NCBI GenBank assembly: GCA_031414955.1
Contig: JANOQV010000022.1
Span: forward strand, 1 to 28,881
Length of the DNA: 28,881 bases
Origin: Pedosphaera sp.
GTDB lineage: Bacteria; Verrucomicrobiota; Verrucomicrobiia; Limisphaerales; SIBH01
Direction of reading: 5' to 3'
The position numbers and the translations under genes are program-made. The notes below the pieces were generated by a model. It did not search any database, was not told the origin of the DNA, and worked only from the letters and a program-made list of their open reading frames with translations. This document shows, one piece after another, positions 8,603-17,580 of this stretch (its first letter is position 1; every line of letters starts with the position of its first letter).

Positions 8603-10027
8603 ATGACAATGCGAAATTCAACTGTGCTGGCTGCCGGACTCCTGGCTCTGGCTTCCGTCCTGCCCGTCGAAGCCCAAACCAGACTCAACATCTCGCGTCA
8701 GGATCGGAACGCTCCGAATCAATTCCACTTTTCATCCGTGCCTGTGCCTTCCCGCCGCGACGCGGCTGGCCCGGCCAAGTTCACCCTCGTGGATGGAACG
8801 CGGGATGAAAACGGCGGCCGCCTCGACCAGTTGCACGACGGACTGCTTCCACGCGGCGAGGATGAGCCGTCCGCGAATTTCTTCTTTGCCCAGGGCCGCG
8901 ACGGCGGGCGGATCCAGATCGATCTGGGCACCAACACCATCATCAGCCAGATCAACACTTACTCCTGGCACGGCGGCTCACGCGGGCCGCAAGTCTATGT
9001 GCTTTATGCCAGCCCTGGAACCGCCGCCGGTTTCAAGGCCGAGCCTAAGCGCGGCACCGATCCTCAGACCTGCGGGTGGCAGCAACTCGCCAAGGTGGAC
9101 ACCCGGCCCAGCGATGGTCAGATCGGCGGACCGCACGGCGTGAGTGTCACCGACCACGCCGGAAACCTCGGGCGTTTCCGCTTTCTGCTCTTCGACATCT
9201 CGCGCACCGAGGACCACGATCCTTTCGGCAACACCTTCTTCAGTGAGATCGATGTGGTCGATCCAGCGGTGCCGCCCCTGCCCATTGTCACCGGAACGCC
9301 GCAGACCGTGGCCCGGCAGTTCACGGCGGCGGGTGGAAAATATCAATTCACCCTCAACGCCACCCTGGCCCCGGACTTGATGGAATGGGCCGAGACCGAG
9401 CTGCGTCCCGTGGTGCAGGAATGGTATCCCAAGCTGGTCGAGTTGCTGCCGAGTGAAGGGTTCAAGCCGGCCACGAACGTCACGCTCCGTTTCCGCGACG
9501 ACATGGGGGGCGTGCCGGCCTCGGCGGGCGGGGGCTTCATCAATCTGAACGCCGGCTGGTTTCGCAAGGAATTGAAACGCGAGGCCCGTGGGTCGGTGGT
9601 TCATGAAATGGTGCATGTGGTGCAGAATTATCGGGGCGGCCGGCGCAACAATCCCAACGCTGGCCGCCTGCCCGACTGGCTCATCGAAGGCATCCCCGAT
9701 TACATCCGCTGGTATCTTTATGAACCGCAAAGCAAGGGGGCCGAGATCACGCCGCGCAACCTGGCCCGCGCCAAATACGACGCCAGTTATCGCGTCACAG
9801 GCAACTTCCTCAACTGGGTGGGCGAGAAATACGACTCCAACATCGTGGCCCGGCTCAACGCCGCCGGCCGGGCCGGCAACTACCGCGAACAGGTGTGGAA
9901 GGATTCCACGGGCAAGTCAGTCCAGGAACTGGGCGACGAGTGGAAGAAATTCCACCAGCAACGCCTGGCCGACGCGCCCAAGCCGGAGGTCCGGGCGACG
10001 GAACCAAAGGACTCCACTCCTCCATGA
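8603..10027 (+). CDS. Secreted basic secretory protein (BSP)-family zinc metallopeptidase with N-terminal discoidin/F5-8-like beta domain
   Basis: Signal peptide; 'L.DG...GRIQIDLG...ISQINTYSWH...FFSEIDV' discoidin-like domain; HEMVH plus the downstream WLIEGIPDYIR (gluzincin); YRVTGNFLNWV. Confidence 0.8.
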   Translation: MTMRNSTVLAAGLLALASVLPVEAQTRLNISRQDRNAPNQFHFSSVPVPSRRDAAGPAKFTLVDGTRDENGGRLDQLHDGLLPRGEDEPSANFFFAQGRDGGRIQIDLGTNTIISQINTYSWHGGSRGPQVYVLYASPGTAAGFKAEPKRGTDPQTCGWQQLAKVDTRPSDGQIGGPHGVSVTDHAGNLGRFRFLLFDISRTEDHDPFGNTFFSEIDVVDPAVPPLPIVTGTPQTVARQFTAAGGKYQFTLNATLAPDLMEWAETELRPVVQEWYPKLVELLPSEGFKPATNVTLRFRDDMGGVPASAGGGFINLNAGWFRKELKREARGSVVHEMVHVVQNYRGGRRNNPNAGRLPDWLIEGIPDYIRWYLYEPQSKGAEITPRNLARAKYDASYRVTGNFLNWVGEKYDSNIVARLNAAGRAGNYREQVWKDSTGKSVQELGDEWKKFHQQRLADAPKPEVRATEPKDSTPP

Positions 10028-10063
10028 AAACCCGCCGCCGGCCAAACGCCGGGCGGCGGGCTT
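10027..10063. terminator. Hairpin between convergent genes, likely intrinsic terminator
   Basis: CCCGCCGCC (10031-39) pairs with GGCGGCGGG (10052-60), with an inner GGC/GCC pair and loop CAAAC. AAAA at 10027-30 gives a U-tract on the minus strand. Confidence 0.65.
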
Positions 10064-10818
10064 CACCGGAGCAATCGGGCGTGGGCCTTCAACCAGCGTT
10101 CGGCGGTGCGAAAGTCCGGACAGACCTGCTCCACCTCCTGCCAGAATTTTTGGGAATGGTTCATTTGCCGCAGGTGCATGAGTTCGTGGAGGAGGATGTA
10201 ATCCGCCACGAAGTCCGGGGCCTGAAGCAGCCGCCAGTTCAGGGAAACTGTTCCCCGACGTGAACAGGAACCCCAGCGTGACTTCTGATTCCGCACCGTG
10301 ACCCGCTCCACCTTCAAACCATGTTCCTGGGCAAATTGAAAAACCCTCGGCGGCAAGACCGCCGCAGCCAGGCGATGCAAATGACGTTCAAGGGCCGGAC
10401 GGCAATCCGGCTCGCCGTCGGAGATGCGGACGGTTTGATCCGCGAAGGTGACTTCCCGAGTGCCATCAAGACCGGCTAAAATTTTTACCGCTTCCCCGCG
10501 GAACAAAATTTCCGACCCGACCAGCCAGGGAGCGCGTTCCATCGGCCGGGCCGCCAGCGTTTGCCGTTGGAGCCACGTCATGTTCCGCGCCACGAACCGC
10601 CGGGCTTCGACCCAACTGCCGCCACGCGGCACGGTGACGCGAGCCGTGCCGTCGGGACGCAGCCGCAGCACGTAACGTCGGGCCCGAGGATTTCTGACGA
10701 AGAGCAGCGGCACGCGCTTCCCCTCCACCAGCAGCACCTCTGCGGCGGGCGGTTCTTTCAGCCGGGCAAGTCCGAATGGCACGAGGGAATTCAAAAGGGG
10801 GCACCGGCGATTTGGCAA
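10063..10818 (-). CDS. YgjP/DUF45 (M48/SprT-like) metal-dependent hydrolase; start uncertain
   Basis: RNPRARRYVLRL, VRNQKSRWGSCS, LNWRL, DYILLHELMHL..MNHS..FW. Confidence 0.88.
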   Translation of the reverse strand: MPNRRCPLLNSLVPFGLARLKEPPAAEVLLVEGKRVPLLFVRNPRARRYVLRLRPDGTARVTVPRGGSWVEARRFVARNMTWLQRQTLAARPMERAPWLVGSEILFRGEAVKILAGLDGTREVTFADQTVRISDGEPDCRPALERHLHRLAAAVLPPRVFQFAQEHGLKVERVTVRNQKSRWGSCSRRGTVSLNWRLLQAPDFVADYILLHELMHLRQMNHSQKFWQEVEQVCPDFRTAERWLKAHARLLR

Positions 10819-10901
10819 TCACAACCAACTGAACATTCCGCAGAGGTCGGACGGGCCTCCGCTGGCACATGTTGAGGTGTCTCGCTTGGCCGAACAGTCC
10901 T

Positions 10902-12293
10902 TCACACCAGATGAAAGCAGAGGAGCGCGAACAGCAGGCCGACGACGCCGACGATGGTTTCGCAGACGGTCCAGGTCTTGAAGGTCTGCGTCACGGTCAA
11001 GCCGAGGCAGTCCTTGACGATCCAGAAACCTGCGTCGTTCAAGTGGGAGAGGAAAAGGGAGCCGCAGCCGACGGCGACAATGATCAGCGCAACGTGGGCC
11101 TGGCCGAGTTCGGGATGTTGGGCGAGCACCGGTACCAGCAAGCCGGACGCCGTCGTGATGGCGACCGTGGCCGAGCCGGTGGCCACACGGATGAAGGCCG
11201 AGATCAACCAGCCGTAAAGCAACGGCGAGAGGTGCATCTGATCGCCGAAGCGGCCGATGGCATCCGCCACGCCGCCGTCGCGCAACACGCGCGCGAAGCC
11301 GCCGCCGCCGCCGACCACCAGAATCGTCATGCCCACGGCCGCCACGCTGGTCTCGGTAAACTTGAGCAACTGGCTCAGCGAGTAGCCGCATTTCGCGCCG
11401 AGCGACCAGAGGCAGAACACGACCGAGCCGAGCAGCGCGATGGTCGGATTGCCAATGAAGCTCGCGACTTCGCGCGCGCTGTTTCCTTTCGGCAAGGTGA
11501 GTTCAGCCACGGTCGAGATCAGCATCAGCATCACCGGCAGCAGGATGGAGAACAGGGTCAGTCCGAAACCGGGCAGGCGGAGGTTCGGATCGCGCCGGGC
11601 CGAGGAGACTTCCGGAGGGTTGGCTTCCACATGTTTGACCGCCCACTTTGCATAGAGCGGGCCGGCCACCATCGCGGTTGGAATGCCCACAATGAAGCCC
11701 CAGAACAGCACCAGCCCCATGTTGGCCTTCAACGCATCCACCGCCACCACCGGACCGGGATGCGGCGGCATCACGCCATGCATGACCGAGAGACAGGACA
11801 GCAGCGGGAGCGTGAGCAACAGAAACGGCTGCTTCGTCTCGCGCGTGAGCGTGAGCAAGATGGGAAGCAGCAGCACCAAACCCACGGCAAACCAGGTCGT
11901 CAAACCCACGGCCAGCGCCAGCGCCATGATGCACCACTGGATGCGTTGCGGGCCGAAGAAGGCCGCGAATCGTTTCGCCAGCACTTCGGCCCCGCCGGAT
12001 TCGGCGAGCAACTTGCCGAGCATCGTGCCCAGGCCGAGCACCGCCGCGATGCCCCCGAGCGTCGCACCCAGGCCATCTTGAATCGATTTGGCCACGCCAA
12101 GCATGGTCAGCGGAACCAGTTGACCGGCCGCATTTTTAACCGGCTGGCCAAGCCAGACCGCGCCTCCGCCAACGATCAGCGAGGCGATGACGAGCGAAAT
12201 GAAGGCGTTGAGCTTCAGGCGGGTCACCAGCAGCACGAGCACACCGATGGCCGCCAGCGCCAGCGCAACCAGTTTCCAATCTTGGGGATTCAT
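10902..12293 (-). CDS. GntP-family gluconate:H+ symporter
   Basis: KLNAFISL, GTMLGKLLAESGGA, HGVMPPHPGP, IRVATGSATVA, SHLNDAGFW, KTWTV.ET, with multiple TMs. ATG at 12293. Confidence 0.92.
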   Translation of the reverse strand: MNPQDWKLVALALAAIGVLVLLVTRLKLNAFISLVIASLIVGGGAVWLGQPVKNAAGQLVPLTMLGVAKSIQDGLGATLGGIAAVLGLGTMLGKLLAESGGAEVLAKRFAAFFGPQRIQWCIMALALAVGLTTWFAVGLVLLLPILLTLTRETKQPFLLLTLPLLSCLSVMHGVMPPHPGPVVAVDALKANMGLVLFWGFIVGIPTAMVAGPLYAKWAVKHVEANPPEVSSARRDPNLRLPGFGLTLFSILLPVMLMLISTVAELTLPKGNSAREVASFIGNPTIALLGSVVFCLWSLGAKCGYSLSQLLKFTETSVAAVGMTILVVGGGGGFARVLRDGGVADAIGRFGDQMHLSPLLYGWLISAFIRVATGSATVAITTASGLLVPVLAQHPELGQAHVALIIVAVGCGSLFLSHLNDAGFWIVKDCLGLTVTQTFKTWTVCETIVGVVGLLFALLCFHLV

Positions 12294-12357
12294 GAATGAC
12301 CGGACGTTCCAAGGCCACCCAGGCCACGGCAAGGCGAAAGTGCGGACGGGCCAGGCG

Positions 12358-13842
12358 TCAGGCGAGAATGTCGCGAATCACTTCGCCATGCACGTCGGTC
12401 AGGCGCCGATCCACACCGTTGTTGCGATAGGTAAGCTTCTCGTGATTGAGGCCAAGTTGATGCAGCACGGTGGCGTGCAGATCGTAGCACTGCGTCTCAG
12501 CCTCGGCAGTCCGGTAAGACCACTCGTCGCTCTGTCCGAAGCTCACCCCGCCCTTGAGGCCGCCACCGGCCAGCCAGCTCGTGAAGGCGAACGGATTATG
12601 ATCGCGCCCCTTGCCGCCCTGGCTGCACGGCATGCGGCCAAACTCCGTGGTCCAGATCACGATGGTGTCGTCGAGCAGGCCGCGCGCTTTCAAATCCTGG
12701 AGCAGCGCCGCCGCCGGCTGATCCATGCCGCGCGCCATGTCGAGATGGTCCTTGGCCAGATCCTCATGGCTGTCCCAGTTGCGACGCGGGAAACCATTGT
12801 CGGCCCCGCTCCAGACCTGGACGAAGCGCACGCCGCGCTCCAGCAACCTCCGGGCGACCAGGCAGCGCGTGCCCAGGTCGCGGGTGTGCTCGGCATCGAC
12901 ACCGTAGAGCTTCTTCGTCGCGTCGCTCTCACCGGTGAGGTTGAGCACCTCGGGCGCGGTCAGTTGCAACTTCGCCGCCATCTCGTAGCTGGCGATGCGC
13001 GCATCCAGGCGCGAGTCCCCGGCCCGGCTGGCGCGATGCGATTCGTTCAAGTCCTTGAGCAAAGCCAGGGTGTCGCGTTCGCTTTCCGGATTGATGAACT
13101 TCGCGCTCTCCGGCGGGAAGAGATCGAAGATGGGATTTGGTTTGCCCACGCGAATCATCGTGCCCTGGTGCGCCGCCGGCAGAAAGGCCGAGGCCCAGTT
13201 GCCCGGCCCATTCGGCGCGAAACCGCGCACATCGGGCAACACGACGAAGGTCGGAAGATTGTCGGTGAGCGCACCCAGCCCATAGGAAACCCACGCGCCC
13301 ATGCTGGGAAATCCGGGCAACACGAAGCCGGAGTTCTGCATGAAGGTGGCCGGACCATGCACGTTCGACTTGGAGATCATGGCGTGCAGGAAGGCGATGT
13401 CATCGACGCACGAGCCAAGGTGCGGCACGAGGTCGCTGACCCATTTGCCGCACTGGCCACGCTGCTTCCAGTCCCAGGGACTCTTCATCACCGCGCCCGG
13501 CTCGCTCTGGAACAGTTCAACCTTCCCGCCCGGATCAAACTTCTGTCCATGCCGCGCGATCAACTGCGGCTTGTAATCGAAGGTGTCGCACTGGCTGGCC
13601 GCGCCAGACATGAAGAGCTGCACCACGCGCTTCGCCTTGGCGCGATGATGCAGACCGCCATTGAACTCGGGCCGGGGTTTCACCGCGTCGGCCAACAAAC
13701 CTTGAGCGCCCAGCAACTGCGCCATGGCGATGCCGCCGAGTCCGCCGCCGAAACGCCACAGGAACTCGCGCCGGTCGAAGTGCGGCGAGCCGCAACTCAG
13801 GACCGCCTCCTGCGAGGAACAAACATGACGTGGAGCATTCAT
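12358..13842 (-). CDS. DUF1501 domain protein with Tat signal
   Basis: DRREFL twin-arginine motif; AKRVVQLFMSGAASQCDTFDYKP, ARRLLERGVRFVQ, WDSH, EFGRMP, GRDHNP, RRLTDVHG. TGATG overlap with the upstream gene at 13842. Confidence 0.9.
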   Translation of the reverse strand: MNAPRHVCSSQEAVLSCGSPHFDRREFLWRFGGGLGGIAMAQLLGAQGLLADAVKPRPEFNGGLHHRAKAKRVVQLFMSGAASQCDTFDYKPQLIARHGQKFDPGGKVELFQSEPGAVMKSPWDWKQRGQCGKWVSDLVPHLGSCVDDIAFLHAMISKSNVHGPATFMQNSGFVLPGFPSMGAWVSYGLGALTDNLPTFVVLPDVRGFAPNGPGNWASAFLPAAHQGTMIRVGKPNPIFDLFPPESAKFINPESERDTLALLKDLNESHRASRAGDSRLDARIASYEMAAKLQLTAPEVLNLTGESDATKKLYGVDAEHTRDLGTRCLVARRLLERGVRFVQVWSGADNGFPRRNWDSHEDLAKDHLDMARGMDQPAAALLQDLKARGLLDDTIVIWTTEFGRMPCSQGGKGRDHNPFAFTSWLAGGGLKGGVSFGQSDEWSYRTAEAETQCYDLHATVLHQLGLNHEKLTYRNNGVDRRLTDVHGEVIRDILA

Positions 13843-16586
13843 CAGTCGAGGAACATAAACTCGTTGCTGTTGAACAACACGCGGCAGGCGCTGGCCAGGC
13901 CGTGCTTGCGGGCGTGGGCCGTGAGCTTTTCCTGCTCGCGCGAGTCGGGAGCACGTTGCAGGCAAAGCTCATAGGCGCGGTCAATCTGACCAGCCACGTC
14001 GGGGCGCTCCTTCGCCAGTCGCACCGCCAGTTGCTCCGCCTGCCGGATGACGAAGGCGTCGTTCAGCGTGGCCAGAGCCTGAAGCGCGGTGGTGGTGACG
14101 TTGCGCACCGGGGTCAACGCGTTGGCATCGGGACAATCGAGCGCGTCCATGAACGAGTCGGGCACGCTGCGCACAGTGAAGCGATAGATGCTGCGACGAT
14201 TGGCCCCCGGACTGTTCCAGTCGAAGCGCGTGTAATCGTAGATGGGGGAGTGATCGTCCTTGAACCAGAACTGCTGCACCGACGGGCCGCCCATTTTGAG
14301 ATCGAGGTTGCCGGCCACCGAGAGCAGCGCATCGTGGAACTGCTCGGCGTCCAGACGGGACCGGTTCATGCGCGCGAGGAAGCGATTGGCGGAGTCGGTT
14401 GGGTTCCGAGTTTCGGATTTCGAGTTACGAGTCGATGGCTCTTCCAAACTCGAAACCCCAAACTCGGAACTCGAAACTTGTTTGTAAGTCGCACTGGTCA
14501 CGATCAGTCGATGCAGCTTCTTGATCGATTCGCCGTTTTCCTGGAACCAAAAACTCAGCCAGTCGAGCAACTCGGGATGGCTCGGCAGCGCACCCATGCG
14601 GCCGAAGTCATTGGGCGTCTCCACCAAGCCACGCCCGAAGTGATAGTGCCAGACACGGTTCACGATGCTGCGACGAGTGAGCAGGTTGTTAGTGTGAGTG
14701 ATCCATTTCGCCAGCGCGGCGCGGCGCGCCCCTTCGTTGCTGGCATCGGGGATCTGAAACTCCGCAGACGATCCGGGCACGGCAGGCACGGCGGCGGCCT
14801 TCATTTCTTCGCCCGGCTTCTTCACGTCCCCGCGCTTGAGCAGATGAACCGGCCTCGGTCTACGCGACGGGATGAATGAGCCGTTGGTCGCGAAATCAGC
14901 CGTCGCTGCATAGACCATCTGCGGTTTGGGCAATTTTGCCTGGCCTTCACGCACGGACTTCTTCCCGTCGTCATTGCGCAAAATCTTCCGGAGCAGGTCG
15001 TCGGGAATGACGCGTTGCAAGCGCGCCTCACGCTGGGAGCGCAATTCCGCCAGGGCAGCACCGGCGTCGTTCGTCTCCACGCCAAAAAAGTAACCATCCA
15101 CGAGGTTCTTCTTCTGCCAGCGCACGGGAGCTTCGATCGAATCCAGCGCAGTGACCTTGGCGGTGCGGGCCAGATTTTCTCCAATGGAGTCGAAGACCAT
15201 CAATTCCGCCAAGGCGAAGATGAAATCGTTCTGGCGGGGCGCCAACTTGGTGGCGGTGATTCGGACGAAGCGCGCCTTGACTCGCGAACCGTCCTCGGTG
15301 AGACAGCCACAAATGGGAATGCTCTGTGGCTCGACGCCCGGATTGACCATATCATCCGCCAGGTTTTCCTGAATCATGGTCACGCCCTCGCGAAACTCCG
15401 CGTCGTTGGAAACCTCAATCTTGTAGCGCACGGGAAAACCGAAGCCGGCCCCGATCTTGTTGAAGTCGTCGTGGCAGCCGACAAGTTCGACGCGATCCAG
15501 TTCGTGCGGGGCGCCCAAATCCACTTGCACCCACTTCTCAACATCCTGCTTGAGAGAAATCTGGCTGTGGTAACCAAAGGCGGCCTTGTTGAGCTTGGCG
15601 TCGGGCCTGGCTTCGGCGATGCGCACGTCCAGGGCGCGCAGTTCCTCGCCACCAAGGTGCGCCACATCCAGATCAAGCCGTTTGCGTTCAACTGCAAGCT
15701 GCCATGCGGCCAGATTGAGTTCACTCCGTTGCTGTGCCACCGCCTTGTCGCCATCGAAAGGACGATCCGCACGATCCACACCGGCAAACACCGCCTGCAA
15801 GCCGTAGTAGTCGCGCTGCGTGATGGGATCGAACTTGTGGTCGTGGCAACGCGCGCAATGCACCGTGAGGCTCTGGAAGGTGCTCATGGTGTTCATGACC
15901 ATGTCATCGCGGTCGTTGTAGCGAGCGATGAGTCCGTCGGTCTTGGTGATGGGGAGCTCGACGTGGCCCACGAAATCCCATGGCCCGGCGGCGATGAAGC
16001 CGAGCGCGGGAATCAACGGCGGCGCGTCGGGAAACAAAACGTCCGCCGCCAACTGCTCTTCGACGAAGCGCGAGTAGGGCTTGTCGTTGTTGAAAGCACT
16101 GATGACGTAATCGCGATACGGCCAGGCGTTCAGGCGCGGCTTGTCCTTGTCGTAGCCGTGCGATTCGCCGAAGTGAACCGTGTCCAGCCAGTGCCGCGCC
16201 CAGCGCTCGCCGTGGCGCGGCGAGGCGAGCAAGCGATCCACGACGCGCTCGTAGGCGTCCGGGCTGCGGTCGTTGAGAAACGCGGCGACTTCCTCGGGCG
16301 TGGGCGGCAGGCCAATCAAATCAAACGTCACGCGACGGAGGAGCGTGCGCCGATCGGCTTGCGGAGACGGAGTCAGCTTTTGCTCCGCGATCTTGGCGCG
16401 GATGAAATGGTCGATGGGATTGGGAATAGCCAACAGCCGATCGCCAAGAGCCGGAACGCGCGGTTTCGCCGCCGGCGTGAAGCTCCACCAGTTGGTCCGA
16501 TCCGCCGCCCCAGCCATCGACGTGAACACGCCAACGAGCCAGAGCAGCGCGAAGAGCGCGGAGCCATTTCGGGAACGTGTGATCAC
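13842..16586 (-). CDS. DUF1549/DUF1553 (PSD1-type) protein with CxxCH and an inserted F5/8 type C (discoidin) domain
   Basis: Signal peptide; WWSF.P, NPIDHFI, RRVTFDLIGLPP, GERWARHWLD, HCARCHDHKFDP; the insert 'KWVQVDLG...GFGFPVRYKIEVS...ARFVRITAT...FALAELMV'; DUF1553 motifs VNRVWHYHFGRG, PSHPELLDWL, RRSIY, QALATLN. Confidence 0.9.
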   Translation of the reverse strand: MITRSRNGSALFALLWLVGVFTSMAGAADRTNWWSFTPAAKPRVPALGDRLLAIPNPIDHFIRAKIAEQKLTPSPQADRRTLLRRVTFDLIGLPPTPEEVAAFLNDRSPDAYERVVDRLLASPRHGERWARHWLDTVHFGESHGYDKDKPRLNAWPYRDYVISAFNNDKPYSRFVEEQLAADVLFPDAPPLIPALGFIAAGPWDFVGHVELPITKTDGLIARYNDRDDMVMNTMSTFQSLTVHCARCHDHKFDPITQRDYYGLQAVFAGVDRADRPFDGDKAVAQQRSELNLAAWQLAVERKRLDLDVAHLGGEELRALDVRIAEARPDAKLNKAAFGYHSQISLKQDVEKWVQVDLGAPHELDRVELVGCHDDFNKIGAGFGFPVRYKIEVSNDAEFREGVTMIQENLADDMVNPGVEPQSIPICGCLTEDGSRVKARFVRITATKLAPRQNDFIFALAELMVFDSIGENLARTAKVTALDSIEAPVRWQKKNLVDGYFFGVETNDAGAALAELRSQREARLQRVIPDDLLRKILRNDDGKKSVREGQAKLPKPQMVYAATADFATNGSFIPSRRPRPVHLLKRGDVKKPGEEMKAAAVPAVPGSSAEFQIPDASNEGARRAALAKWITHTNNLLTRRSIVNRVWHYHFGRGLVETPNDFGRMGALPSHPELLDWLSFWFQENGESIKKLHRLIVTSATYKQVSSSEFGVSSLEEPSTRNSKSETRNPTDSANRFLARMNRSRLDAEQFHDALLSVAGNLDLKMGGPSVQQFWFKDDHSPIYDYTRFDWNSPGANRRSIYRFTVRSVPDSFMDALDCPDANALTPVRNVTTTALQALATLNDAFVIRQAEQLAVRLAKERPDVAGQIDRAYELCLQRAPDSREQEKLTAHARKHGLASACRVLFNSNEFMFLD
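14399..14481. repeat. Inverted pair of heptamer tandem arrays inserted in-frame in the DUF1553 domain
   Basis: ttgggtt-ccgagtt-tcggatt-tcgagtt-acgagtc, a 13-bp spacer, then aactcga-aacccca-aactcgg-aactcga-aacttgt. AACTCGA is the reverse complement of TCGAGTT. Confidence 0.9.
16427..16454. repeat. Short degenerate heptamer tandem array in a DUF1549 linker
   Basis: tagccaa-cagccga-tcgccaa-gagccgg, period 7 with a GCC core. Confidence 0.6.
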
Positions 16587-16650
16587 GCGGCCAGCCTAGC
16601 CCGGCCCCAGAGACTGGCAAGCCACGCATTCCCGCCGGAGTGGCCGGTTT

Positions 16651-17580
16651 TCAGAGCAACCGCACGCCGCGCGTTGACTCCCGCACGATCCGCCGCGACG
16701 GAAGTTCGCCCGCCGGGACGCGCGTCGCCGCCGTGCCCGCTCCCACGGCGGCCCGCAGCCAATCCTCCGGCGCGACTCTTTGCACCAGGCCGAATGCCGC
16801 CGCCGCGAGCATGGCATCGCCAGCGCCGACGGTGTTGAGCACCGGCCCGCGCGGCGGCACGGCTCGGGCGCGGAAGGACGCACGCGCGTTGATCAGCAGG
16901 GCGCCCTCCGCGCCGAGCGAGAGCAGCACCCAGCCCTGCGTGGTCGCGGAAAGTTTCGCGGCGGCGGATTCGGCGGCGCGCAGGGTCGGGAGCCGACGAC
17001 CGAACCAACGCTCCAGTTCGTGCAGATTGGGCTTCACCAGCCCAGGCCGGGCGGCGGCTCCGTGCGTGAACGCGTCGCCGTCGCAGTCCAGAATCACCGG
17101 CTGGCCGGCCTGGTGAGCGAGCCGGATCAACTGGGTATACGCATCCGAAGGCAGGCCGGGCGGCAGCGCGCCGGAGAGGATGAGCGCCGCGCCCTGCGCG
17201 AGAATTTTCTTCGCCGCGCCGACCACCGCGCGCCATTCAGCGCCGCTGTATTCAGGTCCGGGCGGATTGAACCGCATCTGGCGTCCACGCGCGGTGGTGA
17301 CGACCACGTTGACCCGGGTATCGCCGGCGAGCGGAATGACCTGGGCGCGGAGTTCCCAGGCTTTGAGACCCGAGCGCAGCTCGCGGCCCGACGCGCCACC
17401 GAGCGGGATGAGGATTTGGGAATCGCCTTCGAGAAAATTCAGCCAGCGCGCGACGTTCACGCCCTTGCCGCCCGGCCAGCGGCGTTGGGAGCGGACCACG
17501 TTCTTTTCCTCCCACAGCACGTCCTCGACGCGCCATTCGGCGTCGAGGGCGGGATTGAGGGAGACAACGCAGAGACGCAT
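16651..17580 (-). CDS. PfkB-family 1-phosphofructokinase-like hexose kinase
   Basis: SLNPALD, PGGKGVNVAR, LSGALPPG, LVKPNLHEL, LSLGAEGA, NTVGAGDAM. TGATG overlap with the subtilase stop. Confidence 0.92.
   Translation of the reverse strand: MRLCVVSLNPALDAEWRVEDVLWEEKNVVRSQRRWPGGKGVNVARWLNFLEGDSQILIPLGGASGRELRSGLKAWELRAQVIPLAGDTRVNVVVTTARGRQMRFNPPGPEYSGAEWRAVVGAAKKILAQGAALILSGALPPGLPSDAYTQLIRLAHQAGQPVILDCDGDAFTHGAAARPGLVKPNLHELERWFGRRLPTLRAAESAAAKLSATTQGWVLLSLGAEGALLINARASFRARAVPPRGPVLNTVGAGDAMLAAAAFGLVQRVAPEDWLRAAVGAGTAATRVPAGELPSRRIVRESTRGVRLL

Noticed and set aside
8461..8691. N-terminal extension of the uppP ORF
   Set aside because: It overlaps the divergent BSP gene, and the UppP family motif begins right after GTG 8460.
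10819..10836. ATG-TTC-AGT-TGG-TTG-TGA in frame with and directly upstream of the YgjP ORF (possible readthrough or Sec)
   Set aside because: Only five codons, no SECIS-like evidence, and the family domain begins well downstream. Alternative TTG/GTG starts suffice.
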